Positions 21,007-31,554 of a stretch of 64,000 nt of DNA are shown piece after piece. The notes beneath the pieces were generated by a model that ran no database searches, was not told where the DNA came from, and saw only the letters and a list, made by a program, of their open reading frames with translations. The number at the start of each line of letters is the position of its first letter. Positions within the stretch are counted from its first letter, which is position 1. This stretch comes from Candidatus Sigynarchaeum calidifontis (GTDB lineage: Archaea; Asgardarchaeota; Lokiarchaeia; Sigyniarchaeales; Sigyniarchaeaceae), in NCBI GenBank assembly GCA_030587475.2, contig JAUQYZ020000035.1, positions 1 to 64,000 of the forward strand, in the 5' to 3' direction. Position numbers and translations under genes: made by a program.

Positions 21007-21906
21007 GTGAACATCGGCATCGTCATCAACACGATCACGTTCGAGGCCCGCGAGCTCATCAACGCAGCTGCTAAATACTTCCCCGGCGTCAAGATCGAGC
21101 TGTTCAAGAATGATGATTTCAAGTTCGACATCACGGATGACAACGGCTTCAAGACCGATGTCGACGTGTTCTTGCAGCGTTCTATCAGCATGACGCGTGC
21201 CGTTTATACGTCATTCATCCTCGAGAGTTATGGTTACAGGGTGGTAAGCTCGCACGATACGCTGGCGATCACCGAAGATAAGCTCGTCATGACCACGTAC
21301 CTCAAGCGAAACAAGGTGCCCACCCCCAGGACGATCGTTACCTTCACCAAGGAGGCTGCCATCGATGCCATCAACGATCTTGGCTATCCCGTCATCATCA
21401 AGCCGGTGAGTGGCTCGTGGGGCCGTCTCGTGGCGAAGCTCGAGAGCTTGAATATGGCCACCGCGGTGCTCGAGGACAGGGAAGAGCTCGGGAACGTCTA
21501 CCACAAGATCTATTATTTACAAGATTACGTGCACAAACCGGGCCGATCAGTAGACCAGTTCATCGACGGAGACACGGTAGGGCGGGACATCCGCGCGTTC
21601 GTCATCGGGGACGAGGTGGCCAGCGCGATGTATCGTCACGAGGTGCCAAATGACTTCCGCTCCAACGTCACGCTCGGCGGCAGGGCCGAGTCTTATCACA
21701 TCACGCCCGAGCTCGAGGAAATCGCGCTCAAGGCGACCAAGGCGGTCAAGGGCGAGATCGTCGGTGTCGACCTTATGGAGACCGAAAAGGGCCTCGTGGT
21801 TGTCGAGGTCAACGGTTCCCCGCAGTTCCAGGGAATTATGAAATCTACGGGAATTAATATACCCAAGCGGATCCTCGAATATGTCATCCGGACCACGAAA
21901 AGATAG
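21007..21906 (+). CDS. lysX: LysX/ArgX ATP-grasp LysW ligase
   Basis: KPVSGSWGRLV, RDIR, RSNVTLGG, GVDLME, EVN. Confidence 0.93.
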   Translation: MNIGIVINTITFEARELINAAAKYFPGVKIELFKNDDFKFDITDDNGFKTDVDVFLQRSISMTRAVYTSFILESYGYRVVSSHDTLAITEDKLVMTTYLKRNKVPTPRTIVTFTKEAAIDAINDLGYPVIIKPVSGSWGRLVAKLESLNMATAVLEDREELGNVYHKIYYLQDYVHKPGRSVDQFIDGDTVGRDIRAFVIGDEVASAMYRHEVPNDFRSNVTLGGRAESYHITPELEEIALKATKAVKGEIVGVDLMETEKGLVVVEVNGSPQFQGIMKSTGINIPKRILEYVIRTTKR

Positions 21907-21925
21907 ATAATGAGGGAAGATACTA

Positions 21926-22753
21926 GTGAAAATCGTTATTAAAATAGGTGGATCTCTCTTCAACGAGGATTTACATTTCCTCTACGAGGACGTGGCACGC
22001 CTGGTCAAGGACGGCAAGCATCAAGTCGTCCTCGTGCATGGTGGTGGCCCGCAGATAGACGCGATCTTAAAGAGCCAGGGGAAAGATCCCAAGTTTCTCT
22101 ATTCGCAATCCGGCGTGAAATCCCGCCACACGGACGAGGACACGCGCGACGCGGCGATAATGGCCCTGGGTGGCTACGTGAACAAGAACATCACCGCCCG
22201 GCTCATCAAGCACGGCGTGAATGCATTCGGTTTCACGGGCGTCGACGGTGCTTGCATGATGGCCAACCGGAAGGACAAGATCGTCTCGGTCGATCCCGCG
22301 ACGTCAAAGCGGATCGTCGTGAAGAACGACTTTAGCGGCCGCATCGATCCCGAACGGGTCAAGGGCGATTTCATCATTTCTCTGCTGAACCTTGGTATCA
22401 CCCCTGTCGTCGGCGCCCTGGCGATCGATGACATGGGCGACATCTTGAACACGGACGGGGACAGGGCCGCGGCCAGCATCTGCAAGGCCATTGCTGGAGA
22501 CGCGCTCATCAGCGTCACGGACGTGCCCGGCGTGCTCAAGGACATGGCATCGAAGGAGGTCATACCCAGGATACCGGTAGGCAACCTCGACGCGGTGATG
22601 GAAAACGTGACCGGCGGTATGAAGAAAAAAATCATCGCCGTGAAGGAAGCCGTGTCTTTCGGCATCCCACAAGTCGTGATCACGAGTGGGCTCGTGGAAC
22701 AGGGCGTTACCAAGGCGATCAAGGGCGAAATGGGGACGGTTATAACACAGTAG
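21926..22753 (+). CDS. lysZ: [LysW]-aminoadipate/glutamate kinase
   Basis: VIKIGGS, VHGGG, LNTDGDRAA, TDVPGV, GGMKKK. Confidence 0.9.
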   Translation: MKIVIKIGGSLFNEDLHFLYEDVARLVKDGKHQVVLVHGGGPQIDAILKSQGKDPKFLYSQSGVKSRHTDEDTRDAAIMALGGYVNKNITARLIKHGVNAFGFTGVDGACMMANRKDKIVSVDPATSKRIVVKNDFSGRIDPERVKGDFIISLLNLGITPVVGALAIDDMGDILNTDGDRAAASICKAIAGDALISVTDVPGVLKDMASKEVIPRIPVGNLDAVMENVTGGMKKKIIAVKEAVSFGIPQVVITSGLVEQGVTKAIKGEMGTVITQ

Positions 22754-22770
22754 TAGCATGGTGCCTTTTT

Positions 22771-23901
22771 ATGGTGATGTCGGCCTGGACTGCGGAGCAA
22801 GAACTCCAAGCGCTGCGCGATGCGATCAAGGCATACGCGCCCTCGTTCAAGGAGCAGCCGGTAGCCGCTATATTGAAACGGGTTTTTGATGGCCTTCCCG
22901 TCGCATTTTTTATCGACAAGTTCGGAAACGTGAAGGTAATTGCCGGCAAGGGGAGCCCCGTCCTGCTGATCGCATCCCATATGGATACCATTCCCAGCGA
23001 GTTGCCCTTCTACGAGGATGCCGAGTTCATCCACGGGCGCGGCGCAGTCGATTGCCGGGCATCGTTGCTGGCTATGGCGCTCGCCACGCGACGAGCGGTC
23101 GTTAAAGGATTCACAGGCACGGTCGTATTCGGCGGGATAGCTGCTGAAGAGGCTAGCACTGATGGCATCAAGGTGTTCCTCGAGGAAATGACCGAGAAGC
23201 CAGACTTCGCCATTTTCGGGGAACCAACGGGTGCCGGCAAGATCTGCATAGCCTACAAGGGCCGCGTGTGGTTAGGGTTATCTGTAACTTGCAAGCCCGG
23301 GCACGTGGCGGCCGCGTGGATACATGCCAACGCGATCGAGGCTATTACCGAGTTCTACCAGGAGCTCAAGGCTTCGCTGTGCGCGACCACGAAAGGCAAG
23401 GAACTGACCCCATACTTTACCCCTCGCGCATCGATCACGACGATCCATGCAGGCTCCATACCGAACATGCTGCCTGCTAGCGCCACCGCGGACGTGGACG
23501 TGCGGTTCCCGCCCGGGACGAAAAAGGAGCAAATCATCGAGACGGCCAACCAGATAAGGGATGCCATCGTCAAGCGGTACCAGGCGATCGACCCCGGTTT
23601 TTCCATGTCCATCGAGGTAAAAAGCAGCATCGATGCCATCCGGGTTCCACAAGACAGCGATACGTGCGAAATGCTAGCCGCTTGTGTCGAATCCACCATT
23701 CATGAGAAACCAGCATTCGTGAAAAAGACAGGCACCACGTTCATGAACCACATAGGTGCATTCTTCGGCTGCCCGGTCGTGACGTACGGGCCTGGCGATC
23801 CTTCCCTGGAACACGGACCTGGCGAGAAGATTGCCAAGAAAGAGTTCTTGCAAGCCATTGACGTCCTCGAAGCGTTCATCTCGCGGATGGCAAATCCCTA
23901 G
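22771..23901 (+). CDS. lysK: [LysW]-lysine/ornithine hydrolase (M20 family)
   Basis: SHMDT, GRGAVD, EE, GEPT, YGPGD...H; lys cluster context. Confidence 0.85.
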   Translation: MVMSAWTAEQELQALRDAIKAYAPSFKEQPVAAILKRVFDGLPVAFFIDKFGNVKVIAGKGSPVLLIASHMDTIPSELPFYEDAEFIHGRGAVDCRASLLAMALATRRAVVKGFTGTVVFGGIAAEEASTDGIKVFLEEMTEKPDFAIFGEPTGAGKICIAYKGRVWLGLSVTCKPGHVAAAWIHANAIEAITEFYQELKASLCATTKGKELTPYFTPRASITTIHAGSIPNMLPASATADVDVRFPPGTKKEQIIETANQIRDAIVKRYQAIDPGFSMSIEVKSSIDAIRVPQDSDTCEMLAACVESTIHEKPAFVKKTGTTFMNHIGAFFGCPVVTYGPGDPSLEHGPGEKIAKKEFLQAIDVLEAFISRMANP

Positions 23902-24869
23902 GGTCCTTCGTGGCTCGCTTCGACGAACAAGGCAGCGAGGTCTTCGATCGTGTTGCTTTTTACTGCTCTTTCACGGAGCCGTTTCCCGCCGGGAATGTTG
24001 GAAGAGAAGTAAATAGCCCACTTCCGGATTTCGTGGGGAAGGAGCAAGTGCTCCAAACCCCGGTGCTTGTTAGCCACGATAAAGGCCATGATGTCGCTAA
24101 ATAATTGCCGTGCATCTTTCATTGTTTTCTTCACCGCTGGATTGTAAGACATCGAGAACACGCGAGGATCCTTCATGGCAGCCCGGCCGATCATGAACGC
24201 GTCGCAATAGTTCTTGTCGACGCGCGCCTTTCCACATGCGTGGTTCTTGATGTCCCCGTTGCCGACGAGAAACACGTCCGTTGCTTCGTGCACGGCCTTG
24301 ATCGCATCCCAGTTGGCCGCTCCCTTGTAACCTTGCTGGCCGGTTCTGCCGTGGATCGCCACCCAGTCGATGTTCTTGTCCTTGAGACTTTGACAGAAAC
24401 CAATGGTCATGGCCATGTCGGGTTGCTCTTTTCCGAACAGCCGCATCTTGATCGAGACCGGGCGGGAGGAATACTTCAACACGGCGTCGATCAAGGCGTC
24501 TCGTTCTTTGGGGTGTTCCAAGATCGAGGCTCCGAGACCTTGCATCTTGATCCGGCTGCTCGGGCAGCCCATGTTCAGGTTCAATCCCTGGATGTCATAA
24601 CTTTCAAGAATGGCAATGACTTCCTTAACGGTAGTGATGTCATTACCGATCAGCTGGACGATGACAGGCCTGAAATCGAAACCACGGTCGTTGTCGAACA
24701 AGATATCCAACCTCTTGCAAAAAAACACCGGGTTTGCGTAAATTCCCTCCAGGAACATCATGGGAAGCACGACAACGTCGCAACCTTGCTGTTTGCACGA
24801 GTAGAGGAATCCGGGGTGGTCGGTGATGCCGACCATGGGGGCAAGAATGCTCGAGCCAGGTCTCATCAC
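23898..24869 (-). CDS. dus: tRNA-dihydrouridine synthase
   Basis: LAPMVG, NLNMGCP, HGRT, GNGDI, MIGRAA. Confidence 0.92.
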   Translation of the reverse strand: MMRPGSSILAPMVGITDHPGFLYSCKQQGCDVVVLPMMFLEGIYANPVFFCKRLDILFDNDRGFDFRPVIVQLIGNDITTVKEVIAILESYDIQGLNLNMGCPSSRIKMQGLGASILEHPKERDALIDAVLKYSSRPVSIKMRLFGKEQPDMAMTIGFCQSLKDKNIDWVAIHGRTGQQGYKGAANWDAIKAVHEATDVFLVGNGDIKNHACGKARVDKNYCDAFMIGRAAMKDPRVFSMSYNPAVKKTMKDARQLFSDIMAFIVANKHRGLEHLLLPHEIRKWAIYFSSNIPGGKRLRERAVKSNTIEDLAALFVEASHEGP

Positions 24870-25028
24870 TGGGAAGTGTCTGGGTGAAGATTAAAATTCA
24901 ACGCCTCACGTGATTTCTCACGTATGTCCCCGCGATTCCAGGTGAACGACGGGACGAGGATCTATTGACCATCAAAACATTCGATGGGAAACAGTATCGC
25001 GAGATCATCATGGCATCAAACTAGCTGT

Positions 25029-25100
25029 GGGCGTGTAGTTCAGTGGTAGAACGCTCGCTTCGCAAGCGAGAGGCCGCGAGTTCAATTCTCGCCACGTCCA
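25029..25100 (+). tRNA. tRNA-Ala(CGC)
   Basis: Acceptor GGGCGTG/CACGTCC with G3:U70; anticodon arm CTCGC-TTCGCAA-GCGAG; T-loop TTCAATT. Confidence 0.95.
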
Positions 25101-25268
25101 TTTTTCCTTTTACATTGATATTCGCAATTATTTTCAAATTTCTTTTATGCTTGATAAATAATTGTCAATCGGCATCTCGTATTGCCACCTGTCGAGCAAC
25201 GAGCGATTGAAAATTCTTTTTTCCTCTCCTACACGGGTTTACTTGTTGAATCTCGAAGAGGCATTCAA

Positions 25269-26339
25269 ATGGATCCAAGGACCCGGTTTTTGTCCGTGTT
25301 CGATGGCGACCGGATGAATCTCGACCGCGTGCCCACGTTCGTCCAAGGCGTGCTGGCCGGTTTCATCAACAAGTACGAAAGTCAGCTGTTCGATGATTAT
25401 CCGGGGGAGCTGATATACAACACCACCTTCGATGCACCGCTGGTATTGGGTTTTGATGCCGTGTTTGCGGGGCTCCCACATTCTGTTGGTTGTAAGGCGT
25501 TTAATGTCATCGACGAGAATGGTGAATCGCATTCCGTTGGCTTGGGTGGTCAAGTCGAGCGTCATGGCTCCAATTACTACGTGGGTGGCCTGGTCAAGAC
25601 AATGGAAGTCCTTGAAAAGCTAGAAGAGAACCTCATCGTTACCGAGAACCCGAAGGCCATCCAGGAGACCCTCTCGTTCTACGAAAAGGTGTCTCGCCTC
25701 ATATTCCCCGTGCCCATGACAGGTGGAATCTTCGACACGACGTGGCAAGCAATGGGTTTTACTTCGTTTGCTAAGGAATATCGCAAAAACTCCAAGCTTT
25801 ACAAGAATATCATCAAATTTTATGCAAATGTCACCAAGATAAACGTGCAGAAGGTCATCGAAGCCACGGGTGGGAAGTTTCGCATCATCAACATCCTCGA
25901 CGACGTGGCCTTCAAGGGTAATCCAATGATCTCCCCCGAGCGCTGGGCGCAAGATATACTTCCTTATTACAAGGAAATTTGTGGCATGATCCACGACGCG
26001 GGTATGCACGCGATCATGCATTCTGACGGTGACGTCACGACCCTCGTGCCGTACTTGAAGCAAGCAGGCTTCGAAGGGCTCCAGGGCTGGGAAGGCGGTG
26101 CCAGCCCGGCAATTATCAAGCAAAGATATCCCGACTTCGTTACGATCGGCTGGGGGGACGTGGGCAACATTCCATTTTGGAGCAAGGACGAGATTGAACG
26201 ACATGTCAAGGGCATTCTCGACGAGCTCAAAGATAACCGTCATCTTGTCATTGGACCAAGTACGGTGATCTTCGAGAAGATGCCAATCGAAAACATCCGT
26301 CATTTTATGAGTTCCGTAATGAAATACGGCTTCTACTAG
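25269..26339 (+). CDS. Uroporphyrinogen decarboxylase/MtaA-CmuA family protein
   Basis: DDVAFKGNPMISPE, HSDGDV, WGDVG, MPIENI. Confidence 0.8.
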   Translation: MDPRTRFLSVFDGDRMNLDRVPTFVQGVLAGFINKYESQLFDDYPGELIYNTTFDAPLVLGFDAVFAGLPHSVGCKAFNVIDENGESHSVGLGGQVERHGSNYYVGGLVKTMEVLEKLEENLIVTENPKAIQETLSFYEKVSRLIFPVPMTGGIFDTTWQAMGFTSFAKEYRKNSKLYKNIIKFYANVTKINVQKVIEATGGKFRIINILDDVAFKGNPMISPERWAQDILPYYKEICGMIHDAGMHAIMHSDGDVTTLVPYLKQAGFEGLQGWEGGASPAIIKQRYPDFVTIGWGDVGNIPFWSKDEIERHVKGILDELKDNRHLVIGPSTVIFEKMPIENIRHFMSSVMKYGFY

Positions 26340-26352
26340 GCAGGCATATACC

Positions 26353-27825
26353 ATGAGCGAGACTCCCATCGACTTTACTCCACTTTTCTACCCGAAGACA
26401 ATGGCAGTTATTGGCGCCTCGACGAACCCAGTTGGGGCGGTCAAGTACGTGAAAGCCCACCTCAACAGCGGGATAAAGATCTTCCCCGTGAACAGCAATC
26501 CGAAGTACACCGAGCTCGAGGGCCTCCCCGTGTACCGGTCAGTCGTCGATATCAAGCCGGACATCGACCTCGCCATCATCGGCGTGCCGAAAGAATTCGT
26601 TCCTGGTGTTATCGATGATTTCCAACGGAAAGTCGTGAAATTTGCCGTGATCTTCACCTCCGGGTTTAAAGAATCCGGGCGGGATGACCTGGAGAAGGCG
26701 ATCTTGGCGAAGATCAAGAGCGTCAAGACCCGGTTCATCGGACCAAATTGCTTGGGGGTCTACCATCCCAAGGGACATCTCACCTATTTCCCCTCCTTTA
26801 CGGCTGGGCCCGAACTCGCCGGGAACGTGAGCTTCATCAGCCAGTCCGGGGGACACACCGCGAAGACCAATCTTTACCTTATCACCCGTGGCGTGAAATT
26901 TGCGAAAACTGTTAGCATCGGGAACGCAATTGACGTTTCACCCGACGATTTCTTACCATACTTCAAAGAGGATCCTGACACGGCAGTGGTCGCCTATTAT
27001 ATCGAGAGTAGCCGAAATGGCAAGCTATTCATGGATCGCTTGCGCAGTATCACCCCCGTGAAGCCTGTAGTGATTTGGAAGGGTGGCCAGGGCTCGGTTG
27101 GGAACACGGCAACAGCATCGCATACGGGAGAACTCGCGGGAAATTACAGGTTGTGGCAAGCGATGGCAAAGCAATCGGGGGCAATTCTCGCCGAGGACTT
27201 CGACTTGATGGCGGACTTGCTTACCATGTTTTCCTTCAAGCTCCCGCTGCCACGATCGAACCGGATTGCCATCGTCGCTTGTGGCGGAGGCAATGCAGTC
27301 GAGACGGCGGACATCTTCGAAGCCGGCGGCTTTAAAATACCAGAATTACAAGAGGAAACCAAGAAGAAGATCGGTAAATTCATCCCTGACATCAATTCAT
27401 CGTTCACGAATCCTGTTGATTTGGGAGAATATGGTTACGTGCCAGATTACTTCGCCAACGCGGTCGACATCGTCGCGCGCGATCCCAACGTGGACGCGGT
27501 AGTCTATATTAAGGAATCATCGCGGTTTCCCATGTTCAGCATCAATTTCCTTATGAGTGCAGAAGAATACGAAGCCAAGACCATCAAAACGTTGGTCAGC
27601 ATTAATGAAAAAAACAAAACGGAAGGCCGCAACATTCCATTGTACTTGAACGACCCGCTCATCTCGGAATCCCTCGAATCTTTTCAATGGCGCGTGTCAT
27701 TCCGGGACAAGCTCGCGGCCTTGGGCATCCCGGTTTTTAACCGTGTCGACGTGCTAATGAAGGCCATTAAAAAAGCTCACGAATACCAGAAATTTCTCGA
27801 TGACATCAAGAACAGAAAAAAATAG
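26353..27825 (+). CDS. Acyl-CoA synthetase (NDP-forming) alpha subunit
   Basis: AVIGAS, GPNCLG, SQSGG, ASHTG (phospho-His), NPVD. Confidence 0.9.
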   Translation: MSETPIDFTPLFYPKTMAVIGASTNPVGAVKYVKAHLNSGIKIFPVNSNPKYTELEGLPVYRSVVDIKPDIDLAIIGVPKEFVPGVIDDFQRKVVKFAVIFTSGFKESGRDDLEKAILAKIKSVKTRFIGPNCLGVYHPKGHLTYFPSFTAGPELAGNVSFISQSGGHTAKTNLYLITRGVKFAKTVSIGNAIDVSPDDFLPYFKEDPDTAVVAYYIESSRNGKLFMDRLRSITPVKPVVIWKGGQGSVGNTATASHTGELAGNYRLWQAMAKQSGAILAEDFDLMADLLTMFSFKLPLPRSNRIAIVACGGGNAVETADIFEAGGFKIPELQEETKKKIGKFIPDINSSFTNPVDLGEYGYVPDYFANAVDIVARDPNVDAVVYIKESSRFPMFSINFLMSAEEYEAKTIKTLVSINEKNKTEGRNIPLYLNDPLISESLESFQWRVSFRDKLAALGIPVFNRVDVLMKAIKKAHEYQKFLDDIKNRKK

Positions 27826-27843
27826 GAATTAATTTTTAAAAAT

Positions 27844-28599
27844 TTACTTCTTTACCTTTCCTTGCGCGGCGACGGATTCCATAGCCGCCTTCACTTTGTC
27901 TGGATCGCCAATATAATAATGCTTGATCGGTTTTAAATTGTCGTCGAGCTCGTAGACGAGCGGGATGCCGGTCGGGATGTTCAATTCCACGATCTCCGCG
28001 TCGGAAATGTTATCGAGGTACTTGACAAGTGCACGGAGCGAATTCCCGTGTGCGGAGATCAGCACTTGCTTCCCCGATTTCACCGCGGGCGCGATCACGT
28101 CCTTCCAGAATGGCAGAAACCGAGCCACCGTGTCCTTCAAGCATTCCGTGAGCGGGATGTCTGTTTCCTTCATGTCCTTGTAAAGCGGATCCTTCCCTGG
28201 ATACCGTTCATCCGTCTTATCCAGCTTCGGTGGCGGGACATCGTAGCTCCGGCGCCAGATCTTGACTTGCTCCTCGCCGTATTTCGCCGCCGTCTCCGCC
28301 TTGTTCAAGCCTTGCAGCGCGCCATAATGCCGCTCGTTCAATCGCCACGATTTCACGACCGGGATCCCTTTCAAGCCCATCTCTTCGAGTATAATATCGA
28401 GTGTCTTGATCGCCCGATTGAGCACCGACGTATATGCGATGTCAAACACGAATCCTTCTTTCTTGAGTATTTTTCCGCATTCATGTGCTTCCTGGACGCC
28501 TTTTTCCGAGAGATCCACGTCTGTCCAGCCCGTAAATCTTGATGGCTCCTTATTCCATTCGCTTTCGCCATGCCTTACGAGCACAATTTTTTTCGCCAT
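27844..28599 (-). CDS. gpmA: 2,3-BPG-dependent phosphoglycerate mutase
   Basis: [42 protein letters not shown]. Confidence 0.96.
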   Translation of the reverse strand: MAKKIVLVRHGESEWNKEPSRFTGWTDVDLSEKGVQEAHECGKILKKEGFVFDIAYTSVLNRAIKTLDIILEEMGLKGIPVVKSWRLNERHYGALQGLNKAETAAKYGEEQVKIWRRSYDVPPPKLDKTDERYPGKDPLYKDMKETDIPLTECLKDTVARFLPFWKDVIAPAVKSGKQVLISAHGNSLRALVKYLDNISDAEIVELNIPTGIPLVYELDDNLKPIKHYYIGDPDKVKAAMESVAAQGKVKK

Positions 28600-28732
28600 G
28601 GTCATCAACATGTTGATGGTTTTGCTGATACTGGATTCTCACATTCGCCGGGGGGGTTGATTTGTACGTGGAACCATTCCACCACGTTCAACGCGACTCC
28701 TAGGGATCTCGTGGCAGTGTCTTAACAAGGTT

Positions 28733-29389
28733 TTACTTTTTAACCGCTGCTGCAATGCAACGGGCAATTGCCTCGCCGCATACCTTGTTTCCCGCCTCCG
28801 TGAAATGTACCCCGTCAAGAACCACGAGTTCGGGTCGCGCGTACTTGTTGATCTCGTCACCACGCATTGCCTTGTTCACGTCACAAAAAATGGCTCGTTT
28901 TTTCTTGCATAGCACCTCGATCTTCAAGTTCGCATCGTTCACTGTGTCGAGCATTGATTTCGTCAGCATTTTCACGTTACCCATTGGCGGGATGCTACAT
29001 AATATCACGCGGGTCTCTTTACAGCCCGGGTGGGATTGAATGATATTGATCCCCCTTGCATATTCTTCGATGATACCATCCACGATCTCGTTTTCGAAAC
29101 CAGTCATCGCCGCGGCAAAATGCCAAATGTCGTTAGTACCGCCCATGATCGTCACCACGTCAGCCGGCAACGCGGGCTCTATCCTGGCAACTATCTGCCC
29201 GATGGTCTGACCGCCGATACCGAGGTTCCAGATGTCGACATCGATCCCCTTGTTCTTCAAGAACTTATACATGAACCACTGGTACTGCGCCGGGTTGCCG
29301 TGGCGATGTTCCGGTGGCGCGCCGCCTTGGGTCAGCGAGTCACCCATGGTCACGACCTTAAATGGCCCACTTCGGTTCTTCTCGGCCAT
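28733..29389 (-). CDS. SGNH/GDSL hydrolase
   Basis: GDSLT, GIGG, GGTND, DGVH. Confidence 0.9.
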   Translation of the reverse strand: MAEKNRSGPFKVVTMGDSLTQGGAPPEHRHGNPAQYQWFMYKFLKNKGIDVDIWNLGIGGQTIGQIVARIEPALPADVVTIMGGTNDIWHFAAAMTGFENEIVDGIIEEYARGINIIQSHPGCKETRVILCSIPPMGNVKMLTKSMLDTVNDANLKIEVLCKKKRAIFCDVNKAMRGDEINKYARPELVVLDGVHFTEAGNKVCGEAIARCIAAAVKK

Positions 29390-29557
29390 ATGTATCGAGA
29401 GTGTAAAGTGTTTCTAATCGCTTTCGATTGGAAATAGTTAACGCTTCTTGACTTGGCGCGTGGACGTATGACGTGAAGTTTTTTTGATAGCGCGTCACAA
29501 TCATTGTTAGCACGTTTCATATGACAAGGAATCGTAATCAGACGAGGTTTGAAACAC

Positions 29558-30370
29558 ATGAGCGGTCAAATTCGCGGGGACAAGCGAATGGACTTCGGTA
29601 AATACATCATCGCGCATATCAAGATTGGTGGTCGCCGGTTCGAGATCCTCGTCGATCCCGACAAGTCATGGGACTTGAAAAAGCAAATTCGCCAGTTCCA
29701 GAAGGAAAAGGAGAAGGAACTGAACAAGGCATACAAAGTAACCGTCGATGACGTTCTCAAGTTCTCGAAAGTGCCGATGGACCAGATCGTCGAGAGCTAT
29801 ATCGTGTTCGAGGACATCCGGCGCGGCGAGAAAATGTCCGAAGAGACGATCAAGGAGGCATTCCAGACGGATAATGTGAACCGGGTCATCGCGGAAATCC
29901 TCTTGAACGGCGAGTTACAGCTTAACAAGGAGCAGCGCGAGAAGTTCATCTCTGAAAAGAAAAAGAAGCTCCTAGACATTCTTACGAAGAATTGTATCAA
30001 CCCGCAGACCCAAAAGCCCCACCCGCCACAACGGATCGAGCGTGCCTTGGAGGAGGCAAAGGTCAACATAGATCCGTTCAACCCGATCGAGGATCAAGTA
30101 GAAATGGTTGTTAAAGCCCTCCAACCTGTCATCCCGATACGAATGGAGCGGCAGCAGATGTCGGTTTCGATCCCGGCCGAGTTTACAGGCAAGGCTTATA
30201 ACCTGGTCAAGACGCTCGCCTCGATCACGAAGGAAGATTGGAAATCGAACGGTAGCCTGGATTGTATAATCGAGATCCCGGCGGGTATATCTGTTGAATT
30301 TCTCGATAAACTCAACAAGATCACCCACGGACGTGCCATGACGAAGATCATAGAGGCAAAAAAGGTTTAG
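29558..30370 (+). CDS. Ribosome maturation factor SBDS/Sdo1
   Basis: RFEILVDP, AFQT, NPQTQKPHPPQRIERAL; first gene of the exosome cluster. Confidence 0.93.
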   Translation: MSGQIRGDKRMDFGKYIIAHIKIGGRRFEILVDPDKSWDLKKQIRQFQKEKEKELNKAYKVTVDDVLKFSKVPMDQIVESYIVFEDIRRGEKMSEETIKEAFQTDNVNRVIAEILLNGELQLNKEQREKFISEKKKKLLDILTKNCINPQTQKPHPPQRIERALEEAKVNIDPFNPIEDQVEMVVKALQPVIPIRMERQQMSVSIPAEFTGKAYNLVKTLASITKEDWKSNGSLDCIIEIPAGISVEFLDKLNKITHGRAMTKIIEAKKV

Positions 30371-30597
30371 GCCGGATTTCCGAGCGAACCCAAGCACATG
30401 TCGGTTCCTCTTTCCCCCTTTCTCTATATGGAAAAATTAATAAATATTCCACTTTTCATTCTCCTTGGTGAGAAAACAGCGTAGGCATCTCGCGTCCTCG
30501 GACGGAGATAGCATATATATTTGATGTGTTGTGTTTTTCACCTCCTTTTGAAGAGCATTTCGATGCAATGGTGGAAGTAACGAGGTCTTGAGTTAGT

Positions 30598-31548
30598 ATG
30601 AGCGAGTTTCATGAAGAAGGGGGTTCCGAGAACGAAATCCCCGAGGAAGAACGTGCTGAGGACGACATCGCCGATTCTAACACCTTTGACGAGGACGATA
30701 ATCTTGATGATGCGGATCACGGCGAGGCTCCCTTGGAAGAGGGTCCGCAAAAGTTTGACGGCGAGGAGGAAGGGGGGCAAGAAGAATCCGGCATGAGGGA
30801 GGTCGTCACCCCTGGCCAAGTACTCGGTGCGAGGAACAAGGACATGCTTCCTGGCTTTGGAACGGTCATCGATCCAAAAGGCAATATCATTTCGTTGTAC
30901 GTGGGATTTTTGCAGAAGCATGGCAAGTATGTAAACGTGATTCCTTTCAAGGGCAAGTACATGCCCCGGGTCGGTGACAAGGTCATCGGCAAGATCATTG
31001 ATAAAAACGTCGTCCTATGGAAGCTTGATATTAATGCGCCATGCGTGGCCATCTTGCGAGCTGGTGATGCTGGTGAGGGCGACCGTGGTCGTCATGAATA
31101 TGGTAGCGGCGGTAGCAGGGGTGGCACCCAACAAGTCCGGCGGCGCTTTGACCGGGGTGGCAAGAAAGAGGATACATCCCAATATAACGTCGGAGACATA
31201 ATAATCGCAAAAGTCTTGAAATATGACCGCACGACCGAACCGACCTTGACAACTGTCGGTCCAGATCTTGGTCAAATACGTGGCGGTTTCATAATGGACA
31301 TCGCAGTGCCGAAGATACCTCGGCTCATCGGGAAAGCAGGTTCCATGATCAAGTTATTGAATACGCTAACTTCTTGCAAGCTATTTGTTGCCCAGAATGG
31401 TGTTGTATGGATCAAGGGTAAAAAAATTGACGAGGAGCGTCTCCTCATCAAAACAATCAAAAAGATCGAGAACGAGGCACACACAGTCGGTTTAACCGAT
31501 CGTGTCAAGGAATTCGTTCAAAGCGAGATGAAAAAGGTAAAAGCGTGA
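30598..31548 (+). CDS. rrp4: Exosome RNA-binding subunit Rrp4 with acidic N-terminal extension
   Basis: VVTPG, YMPRVGDKVIG, KIPRLIGKAGSMI, QNGVVWI, EAHTVGLTD. Confidence 0.93.
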   Translation: MSEFHEEGGSENEIPEEERAEDDIADSNTFDEDDNLDDADHGEAPLEEGPQKFDGEEEGGQEESGMREVVTPGQVLGARNKDMLPGFGTVIDPKGNIISLYVGFLQKHGKYVNVIPFKGKYMPRVGDKVIGKIIDKNVVLWKLDINAPCVAILRAGDAGEGDRGRHEYGSGGSRGGTQQVRRRFDRGGKKEDTSQYNVGDIIIAKVLKYDRTTEPTLTTVGPDLGQIRGGFIMDIAVPKIPRLIGKAGSMIKLLNTLTSCKLFVAQNGVVWIKGKKIDEERLLIKTIKKIENEAHTVGLTDRVKEFVQSEMKKVKA

Positions 31549-31554
31549 ACAATT

